Assembly (NCBI GenBank): GCA_965637545.1 | Contig: OZ281501.1 | Span: 496,001 to 560,000, forward strand | Length of the DNA: 64,000 nt | DNA from: Phallusia mammillata | Lineage: Eukaryota | Reading direction: 5' to 3' | Shown: positions 35,901-64,000 of the stretch, piece after piece | Numbering within the stretch: the stretch's first letter is position 1 | How the letters are laid out: each line of letters begins with the position of its first letter | Notes under the pieces: generated by a model | Database searches by the model: none | What the model was told of the DNA's origin: nothing | Seen by the model: only the letters and a program-made list of their open reading frames with translations | Translations under genes and position numbers: made by a program

Positions 35901-37751
35901 GATGCCACCAACAGGTATGGTCTTATGCTTGCTCAGTACTTTGCCTACCATACTATGGCTAGCTGCTCTTTACCTTAGCTTGTAGTTGTGGATAGCAGAC
36001 TTGCATCTGTGCGCAATTTATGCCTCAATTAAGTAACCACAATAAAAAAAAATATTTTTCCCAAAATGAGGAGTGTATAAATAAGTATTGCTATTCCAGC
36101 GGTATTATAAATCTTTAATTGCTGGAAGAGCATTACTCGTTTATGATAAGCGTATATTAAGGAAAGGGACTGATGTTGCGCAACGTCGGCACGCAAAATG
36201 CAGTTGCAAAAAGCCATAATCAGCTTTCATACGTTTTTTGCAATGAAATTTATATTATAATGGCAATAACAACTGAAAAACTGTTTGTTGTTTATCCGAA
36301 CGTGAAAGTTTTCTTCTTCAGGGAAATCGGTTCCCGGGATTCGAAACGATCTAGATCCGCGATGTCTCGGGTAACTAGATCTTCCCTCCATCTTCCGATC
36401 CAACAAGTTAACCCGAACGATTTGGTGGAAAATTACATGGAAACTTATCAGGACAGGCCCATGAACTTATTCGACTCAATGAGGTAATGTTAAGTCAGTA
36501 ACTTATGAGCTATATGAAGTAAATGAAAAATTGCTGGTTAATTTTGTCCTGAAGACTTACGAACCACATGAAAAGAAAAGTACAATTCCTCCACGCAATT
36601 TTTGAAATCATTTCTGGTTTCGGATTTTAATCACACTTCCAGTTTTGGGAACATACTAAAAGTGAATGTCTTCAGTTTAACAAATGCACTAATATAAAAA
36701 AACGTTCTGTTTTTTTCCAGACACGAATCATCTCGGCAAGGAAATCGAGAGAGGCAACGTAGAAGAGAAAAAAGAAGAAGGGTGAGCTTCGTTGGGGAAG
36801 AATCGCCACGTCATCATAATAACGATGAGTTTGCAGTTGAAAACGAGAGGAGATCGTAAGTTGGGATTTTTTACGTGGGAAACGTCAGAAATCGATAAAC
36901 TGGTTTAATGGCTTTTTGCGTAATAATAAGGCCAAACGAGAACTAAACTTTGGGATACAAAAGACTTTTAATTGTCAGAAACTCAAAAGTTGTTTTGTAT
37001 CGTAGTAAACAGGGAGCTAATGCAAACGTTGTATAAAGTCGTCAACGATTTAGATCACGCATTTCTGATACAAAACAGCTTTCGTATTGTGAAGCTAGTA
37101 CAAGGTTAAACCCTCAGATGAAATGCTTTACACAGAAATTTCTATGACAGAGCTTCGAGCTCGAGACAACCAGAAATGGCGGTGGCATTCGGACCAACAA
37201 TACTTCCGCTGAAACCGAAACAAGGTTACACCCGGAAAGAATGGAAAAGAAGAGTTGAGAAGGTGAAAAGCAAGCTTATAACCAACTTGTGTTACAATTT
37301 ATAGAGCTCTTCTGGTAATTGTATTTTTATTCCGACGTTTCGACGTCCTTTACAGGCCGCCTTCATTAGGATAAACCTTTATAGGACGTTGAAATGTCGG
37401 TGTAAACATACAATTGGAAGAAGAGGTCTTTAAATTAGATATTATGCCTGGCAGCAACAGCTTATATATACTATGTTACAGTTCTTCGAAACATCGTACG
37501 CAAACCGGGAACACACGGGTTCGCGAAGGAGGGACCGTGACAATATGAACGACACAACCGCCCTGAACGACAAACAAATCGAGTTTGCTGGGACATGCGC
37601 TTGCTGCCGGAGAAGGTTTAAACAAACAACTGATGTTAACGATTTTACAAATAAACAACCGAAGTTTCGACGTCCCATACGAGACGCCTTCATAGGGACA
37701 ATGGCATATCTCGAAACCCAAAGTTCTGATAAACCGACAATTGCAACGTGA
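29913..37751 (+). CDS. Uncharacterised low-complexity (E/K/S/D/R-rich) protein, ~779 aa, 16 exons
   Basis: Exons 29913-30025, 30501-30738, 31304-31417, 31962-32175, 32519-32662, 33010-33174, 33508-33572, 34018-34140, 34207-34320, 34623-34753, 34958-35067, 35800-35914, 36322-36483, 36721-36855, 37136-37262, 37482-37751 join in one open frame (2340 nt) with GT-AG junctions. No recognisable domain. The first and last exons are least certain; read-through of exon 15 gives an alternative stop near 37303. Confidence 0.8.
30107..30240. mobile_element. Tc1/mariner-type MITE, same family
   Basis: gaaacctcggttaa ... ttaccgaggtttc. Confidence 0.65.
30950..31100 (-). mobile_element. tRNA-derived SINE, second near-full copy
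   Basis: Aligns by eye with 6560-6740. A separate B-box fragment (ctgtcgtgggttcgaatccc) lies at 30787-30809 on the plus strand. Confidence 0.7.
32194..32290. mobile_element. Tc1/mariner-type MITE, same family
   Basis: ctgcaaacctcggttaa ... gttttactg-ta; core ccggattaggcgaagatccgg. Confidence 0.65.
32357..32446. mobile_element. Tc1/mariner-type MITE, same family, inverted relative to 32194
   Basis: ta-cagtgaacc ... gtttactg; core ccggatcttcgcctaatccgg. Confidence 0.65.
34344..34522. mobile_element. Tc1/mariner-type MITE, same family
   Basis: ta-cagtcaacctcggttaatcc ... cgtttactg-ta. Confidence 0.75.
35297..35512. mobile_element. hAT-type MITE (same family as 18871-19080)
   Basis: Same TIRs and internal sequence; perfect 8-bp TSD gtttaggt. 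Confidence 0.9.
37332..37371 (-). ncRNA. Hammerhead motif, subfamily C, G5 mutated to A
   Basis: CC-CTAATGA-A-GGCG g CCT gtaa AGG a CGTC-GAAAC-GTC-GG-AATAAA; stem II is closed by a GNRA loop. Confidence 0.55.
37659..37697 (-). ncRNA. Fossil hammerhead, subfamily C, antisense within the predicted last coding exon
   Basis: CC-CTATGA-A-GGCGTCTC gtat GGGACGTC-GAAAC-TTC-GG, with an 8-bp stem II. Confidence 0.42.
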
Positions 37752-38098
37752 ATGTATATTCCAAAGCTCTATAAAACGTAATGCTCGTTCATACTTTGGG
37801 TCTGGCAGCAACAGCTTAACGGATGTTAACATTCACGAAAAGGTCAAGCACAGAAATATGGGTGGTGTGACAAAAATCGGCGTAAAAGGGACATTAATCA
37901 TTTTCTGTCCAGTAAAATTTCCTTGTAAGTCACACTTTTAATTCGACCAAATTTATGGATAAAAGTAGCCACGCATATTAGGTACACAAGACACGGACTT
38001 GAATAACAGCTTTAACAAAAAGCAAATTGCCAGCGACGTAGAGTAAAACGTATTCATATTCACAAACAAGCGCGTTTCCGCTGGTGCATTACATTTTA

Positions 38099-38133
38099 CA
38101 CTGATGATGACAATAGTTTTGTCGAAACGTTTG
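38099..38133 (+). ncRNA. Hammerhead motif, subfamily A, intact core with GUU triplet
   Basis: CA-CTGATGA-T-GACAA tagtt TTGTC-GAAAC-GTT-TG. Distal stem I attacatttt/aaaatgaat; flanked by inverted tails at about 38020-38060 and 38145-38190. Confidence 0.7.
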
Positions 38134-38800
38134 TTTTAATAAAAATGAATACGTTTTACTCTACGTCGCTGGCAATTTGCTTTTTGTTAGCCACGCATAA
38201 TTTTGGACGTTGCAAAGTATTTTACTGTTGCAGATGCCGACCTCTCTACAATTTGTTGGATTGCTCAAAGAAATCAACCATCAGTCACCTTCTATGGGTG
38301 TTCCTCCCCACAATCATCATCACAGTGTTGGTTTGCGTATTGATACTAATTGCTGCAGGTACGCCAGATGCTTTTTACTTGAAATTTTCCTTTAAAATCA
38401 TCGCTCAACATAGTCTGGTGGTTATAATAATACACGGTGTGTCCACAGCCAAAACCTTAGGTTACAAAGTGACTTCTGGGCTAAGTTAGCTGGCGACCCT
38501 TTTTTATGCACGGAATAAATGTCTCAAATATGATTTAACATTTCCAGACATTATTCCCTTGAACGGACAAACAACAAACTCAACTTCAACATAAAAACCT
38601 GTTTGAATAATCAAAAGAAAATACCAACCCAAGTTGATGCCAGCAACAAAGGCTATTTGAGTGTCTACTCAGCAAAACTAGCAGAGATAATAACAATGAG
38701 ATTGTTCCAAACAAGAGAATCAAACAATGTGATTGTTCATGTTGTATTGACAGTGACAATTGAAATTACAACACACGATGGCAGTATTAACATCACATTT

Positions 38801-40035
38801 TTACACAAGCAGTTTTTCGATGTTATTTTTCAAACTGTCAATTTGTGATTTCAACTGAGATCCTTCCTTGACAGTTATCGATCCAGCAATTACTGGACGA
38901 GAAACGCCACAAGCTCGTCCCAAACCTGGGAGGAAAAAAACTTCAGTTACTAATATTCTTTCAATTGAAATGGTTTAAATATTTTAAAAATTGATAGGAC
39001 ATTTATACACAACGTTTCTTCAGCCAATAATTTCCCACAATGTCAATATCTTGAACCTAATTAAATATTAATGAAAATTTTAAAATCACAACAAAAATAA
39101 ACAAACATTTTTTAAAAATAAATATTACTTTTTATCCTACTTCTGATATATTCGCCAATTTTCTCAGCTAGTTAATATTTTTCCAAAAAATCCAAAGTTA
39201 TGTTGAAGAACATGTAGTGTTAGAAAAATGTTACAACAACTTTTACAAAGTTACTGTATAGTTTGCCAAGTGTCAATTTGTTAAAATATATTTGTTACAT
39301 ACTTTGTTTTGAGGGCACAAACACATATGGGACATTTTTATCTTCACACAATAATGGAAGGTGAAGCAAAATTTCCAATGGTTCTGCATCGGCAGCCAGA
39401 ACAATCAGCTCAGATATTCCACGATTCAATGTTTTCGTTGCTAAAAAAGTCTCACATTTAAGAATATGTTAAAAACCAGCTTATTAAAACACAATTCAAT
39501 AATGTAAAATTTAGTAGCCAACAAAATGGTGTCATGGTGAAAAGAAAGTATCACAACTTTGTATGTATTCCTAAACATTGCTTATATTATTACAACATTG
39601 TATTTTAAACTTATTTTCTAAAAAAGATTTGTTATACTGGTTATTGAACTTATTGTGATTTACCTTCATTTGCACCCTTGCGAAGCTGTTTATAATTTGC
39701 CGCTTGTTGCATCAAATCCAAAATTGTTTTTGTCAAACCATCATTGGCCAAAGGATAAGCTTTGGGATTTATGCCAGTCTGCATAAAAACATCATTTATA
39801 CATGTGAGATCCACATACAGCTTTTTAATATGTAAGCTATTGCTGCCAGGCATAATATCAAGTTTATAGAGCTCTATAAAGCCAAAAGAGCTCTATAAAC
39901 TTGACACAGTGTTTAAATTATATACATTCATAATTAAAAGTTTTCAAAGCAGAAAATAGAAAAACTATAATGTTTGGCAAAAATATAACTACTCTAAAAT
40001 CTGGTGCAAAAATAGTGCAAAGTATATTTTACCAT
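38801..40035 (-). CDS. SNU13: SNU13/NHP2L1 (15.5K) K-turn-binding L7Ae-family protein, 4 exons
   Basis: Exons 40035-40033 (ATG only), 39778-39664, 39440-39303, 38925-38801. Translation: [126 protein letters not shown]. Confidence 0.96.
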
Positions 40036-41686
40036 TTTTCAAATTGTTCGATTCCTCTCCGCTCACTAATGATCACGGCTTCACTGAGGTCCCTTTAGTT
40101 GTAATTCACATTAACTGTCGTAAATTTTAATACACAAGTTAGGTTTTCACACTAATAGTTTTGCAAACCTTGTGCTTCTACTTTCAAGCATTAACCACGT
40201 GTGAATGAAAACTACGGGCAAAATTTACTCCCCACTTCGAAAAAAATATTGCCAACAAAATTGCACGCATGAATAAATTGCTGGAATGTTTTTGCATATT
40301 TCCTGGTTTTGCACGAATGCTTTGAATAAAAAATGCAATAAATCGCAGCACTAAAAAATTAAATTGTATCTTAAATGGTGAAGACGCGTAGCTGAATGAT
40401 TGTTATTCTTCAGGTAACATACCTTGCTCACATTTTGCATCATGGGCATTTTCGAAAAACTACTTCACAATAAGCGATCAGTCGTGAAAACAATAACTCA
40501 AACTTGCCAGGTCTGTAATTTTCAATGACAAAATTCTATTCGAAATAAAGTTGACAGTATGTAGTCTATCCTGATTACTGTTCTGCAAAGACACACTTAC
40601 CGTTTTATTAATATAAACCCCAGCAAAAACGAAGTGATCATCACGATATATTTTAAAGTTTGTAGTTCTCTAAAATCTAAAGCTGATCAGATATTTAACC
40701 TAATAGCACTTAAAAGGTTGTAGCCTACTTCCTACTTATTTTTAGATGACCAGGTTTTAACGAGAGGTGTTTTAAATAGGTCCACTATAAGCTTCTTATC
40801 AATAAAGCGGGGTGGTCAAAGTATTTCTAAATATGTTGTCACCCTAAGCTGAAAAGGACAAAAATATAACTTACAAGTGGTGTATTGGCCACCAAGCGGC
40901 GATACAGAGTCGGTGAAGTGGTATTTGCCTTGTTTGGCGAAAACCTGCACGAGGTTAGAGAGTTCGCGGAAGCATTTCTTTTAGTTCTGCCCTGCACATA
41001 AACGGCAGGTGCTCATCTTGGGCTAACTGCTGGTTTGTTAAAATACTGAGGCAGCTGCGATCCGAATGACCTACAAAATCATTTCAAGGTCATTACTTCC
41101 ACATGTTTCTGTTTGCAAGCGAGTTTTGTTACTTTTTAAGGTTTTACAAATTAGAGTTTCAAATAAACGAAAATTGATTTGGTCAAAAAACACCTAATGA
41201 AGACAGCAGCGATTGGTAAAATGTTCGCATCGAATCTATTTACTACACACCAACTCTCCAATGGCAAGCTATTTTTTCAGTTTGAGGTAAGCGGTTTCAA
41301 ACCTGGGGAAATTTTGAAACATAGAGGGGAGGAATTTACTTTTTACATGTGGTTTGTAAATATACACTAACAAGGTCAGGAAATATAACCTGTGAAGTTG
41401 ATAAAAGACCCAATTTTAAATGATGTTTGTAGGGTTTAGCATTAACTTAGGGAGGGATAAACATGTTTTGAATTGTTAGGGAAGGAATTTGTCGAAAAAG
41501 GTTGGGAACCAATGATCCAGTGTTTCATGTAGATTTTCTGACACAATAGTCGCCAAAGAGCACTGTAGAACTACAAGCCACCGGTTGAAAACAAGCAAAA
41601 TGTTTGTAAAATTTTTATTTCTCGGAAATATTCAAAGGAGCACAAGGGAAATTCCCGGTTTCCAGGTGACAGGAAGTAGATTTCGA

Positions 41687-41770
41687 GGGGGTTTGGGGGT
41701 AAAAATAGGGCTTTGGGGTAAAACAGAGGTTTTGGGGGTAAAAATGGGGTTGTGAGGTGAAACAGGGGGT
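41687..41770 (+). repeat. G-rich imperfect minisatellite (~19-bp unit)
   Basis: About four units resembling GGGGTTTGGGGGTAAAAA. Confidence 0.7.
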
Positions 41771-43718
41771 GCAGCAACGCATAACCAACACAAAAGTAAT
41801 TCGAAAAGGGACAAAATAACAAAAACTTAACATCACAAGTCAACGACAACTGAACTAGCGCCGTTCAAAAAATGCCAACACACACTTTGTGACGTCACAA
41901 TACATTTTCCGAAACACACCGAAGTCTTCCGAAGTTCTGGGTAGTAAACATGAAACATGCAAACGAGTTTAATGAAACAATTAGTGTCTGAACACCAACA
42001 TGGAGTTTGCGTAAAGAAAAAATCAAACCATGTTATTTGCAACTGAAATAGCACTTTTATAGCGACTGTAAAAAAGTTAAAAAACACATTTTTCGAACGA
42101 TATTTTGTACTAGTAATGAACTGTATAATAGTTTCCAAATACTTCTGCGGTTTCAAACCCGTTTTATCAAAACCACAAACAAACATTGAGTATAGCGAGA
42201 AAGGGAAAGGTCTTTGCAAACAAAATCGGTCAACGGATAAAGTAGTGGAAACAATGATGGGCAAAGGATGGGCGGTTACACCTTCGTATTGAAACATCGC
42301 ATCAATCCACCTTGCTCGTTACACCGCCTAACTTAACGCTTTTATCGCATTTCCCCACCTCAGTGCACAGGAGGAAGGTTTTGTGTGTAGGCTTGGAGCG
42401 GGTTGCCCAACGAGCAACGTGCAATCAGCCGTGTCCAAATTGTGGTATATAGCTATAAGCGCGAATTAAAACTGACAGCCAGATGGCAAGTATAGTTGAC
42501 TTCAAGTAAACAATTTACAACACAACTTAGCGCACGAAGCTCGTAGCAAAAACCGTTCCAAGCCTACAAAACCGTTGACGCAACAAACCGCTATTGTTAC
42601 GCAAGAAAGGAGGTTTAGTTTAAAGCCCAACCACTTTGAATCAGTACATTTAGCCAGTAGATTTTAACTGTTTCTAGTGAGTAGGCACCGTTTAGCACTT
42701 ACGCGACCTGATATGTACAGAAAGCGAAGGGTTTATGTACAAGACACAACATTTCACAAACCGTTGCTAACTTCGAAAGGTAAAACGACAAAACCATCAA
42801 ATTGTCGTGCGTTCATTTACACAGAAGAGGTATTTACAGTCTGGTACAATCTCAATTAGTCCAAGATTTGAACTCAGCAAAATATTCGTTGCAATTCGTT
42901 ACAGATTAAATTTATTCGAAACCTAATTGCCGGAATGTAAACCACCGCCTTTGTTACGTAATATAAAGCCATTCATTCTCATTGTAAACAACAAAGGGTC
43001 ATTGTGGAATTGGAATGGATCGAGTGTTGGGTGAGATAGGGAAGTATTCGAGCCATGTGAGATTGCTTGCAGCAGCAGATGTGATAAGGAACCTTGTTAT
43101 CTTCCCATTTTCCATCAAACCAGATACGCGAGGTCAAACGGAGCGCTCACCAGGGCTGTGTGACGTCATAGAGCGGCACGCATCAGATGGTGACGTCATC
43201 GCCCAGATATGTAAGCGTTAAGCGGAATATTTGTGAGAAATAGTAGTTTTTGTGGTTTCTGACACCCAACATACGTGTGTGTCCCATTTTACATATGCCA
43301 CGTGCGATAAAATGCAAACATCGTGTCAACCTTTGGATCGCACTGGTGTGAAAAGGTAAAAAATCAATGCGAGGTTTGGTCGGGCGCCGTGGGTTTGTTG
43401 AAACAACATCCATATTTACAAATGTTTGAGGGCGTCCCCCCACGCCTGCCGTTGCTAGGCGACATTTATCGAACGCAAACAAACCAAAGAACCACACAAG
43501 AACTAATATATGCAAGAAACGTCACAAAACAACGCAACAAAACTGAAAAAAAAACGCCTTGAAGCCACGACTCCTGCGCGGTTGGATAAAAAACTTGGAA
43601 AAGGCAAAAAAATCGAAAAAATAACAAAAAAATATTTTGAAACAAGGTGGAACAAGTTTTGGCGCGAAACAACGCCGCTTTATTACGTCACAAACGTCGA
43701 CACGGTCTGCTGCACACG

Positions 43719-63149
<19,431 letters not shown>

Positions 63150-63759
63150 ATATTGGAAAAAGTTAGCTGTAAGCAGACAACACCTATAGTTTGCAAACTT
63201 CTACAATATCAAGGTGGTACCATACCTGTGTAAATTCAAAGAAACATTCATATCACATTAAGCTTGTCAAGATAACTGCAGTTTTAACATGCAAAACAAC
63301 ACAAAAAAATTGATTCTGTATTCAGGTAATTTACTGATCTAAATTTGCCTCAACAACTTTAGTGCAGGCTAATGGATGCTGCTTAAGGCTAATTTATCAT
63401 TTACATATCATTAACAGTTTAAAACTTGTAATAAACAGGTAACAAGTTACACAAATCAAAGAATACAACCAAAAGTTTAAAGTTTATAGCAGTGGCAATT
63501 TAAATCCATAAACAAGTAAAAATGCAAACAAATCAAAGCTATTTTTCAACGTAAAATAGTAAAGTTTGGCGATAAAGTTACTTAATATTTCATAAAGACC
63601 AACGCCCGCTTGAATATACGTAAGAATTTGAACTAACCGACACCGTTTTGTCAGCAAACATCGGACAGCAACGAATTCGGGCAAATGACGAGCAGGGAAG
63701 GAAAACGAAAAACGCTCGGTCACGTGACTTTGTCGACTTTTTCCTCGCGCGTCGCTTCA

Positions 63760-63910
63760 TTGAGCGTTTTGATCGCGTAGCGTCACGCTCGGCGTGCATT
63801 GGTTGAAAACAAAATCGTCGCCGCCGCTTGCCAGCCGGCCGTGTTTACTACAAACCGGATGACGTAAGTCCCACTTCACTACTACTACTACGCCGCGCCC
63901 ACCGCAAAAA
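63760..63910 (-). promoter_or_regulatory. Probable GLCCI1-like promoter region
   Basis: CpG-rich stretch with ccggatgacgt (ETS/CRE-like) upstream of a putative non-coding exon with a donor near 63581. Confidence 0.35.
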
Positions 63911-64000
63911 CTCACTACAGGCTGCTCTTTGCCGACACGCAGCGGAAAACTTTCCTAATGTACTTTGGGCGTAAATGCTTAACAGTTCGACATAAATGCA

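Noticed and set aside
38200-40035. Intronic box C/D snoRNA or autoregulatory K-turn in SNU13
   Set aside because: No paired RUGAUGA and CUGA with terminal stems was found in the introns.
40876-41000. Plus-strand frame RYRVGEVVFALFGENLHEV resembling a Tudor/chromo barrel
   Set aside because: Bounded by stops, with no start codon or acceptor.
41833-42297. Longest ORF in the track (154 aa)
   Set aside because: F/C/T-rich composition typical of U-rich non-coding DNA; probably GLCCI1 3' UTR or intergenic.

Overview
This is AT-rich, intron-containing animal genomic DNA, most likely an ascidian tunicate. That is inferred from chordate-type proteins, compact GT-AG introns, patchy CpG depletion and abundant TGACGTCA. 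Most ORF-track entries are spurious because the real genes are spliced. I assembled five genes by hand: (1) the 5' part of a KIAA1217/SRCIN1-family gene on the minus strand, running off the left edge; (2) an 8-exon zinc-dependent MDR-family L-threonine 3-dehydrogenase of the bacterial tdh type; (3) a 16-exon, ~779-aa low-complexity orphan with PP1-docking-like GILK and RVSF motifs; (4) SNU13/NHP2L1; (5) an 11-exon GLCCI1/FAM117 homolog. Introns carry hAT MITEs with 8-bp TSDs (some nested), TA-flanked Tc1/mariner-type MITEs, a tRNA-derived SINE and diverged tandem duplications. The most unusual signal is about ten minimal type-I hammerhead ribozyme motifs in three subfamilies, of the kind known from Penelope-like retroelement and retrozyme termini. 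Three keep an intact catalytic core, several sit in inverted pairs, and one fossil copy lies antisense inside a predicted coding exon. I found no CRISPR array, rRNA gene or intact tRNA gene. All family assignments come from recalled motifs, not database searches.
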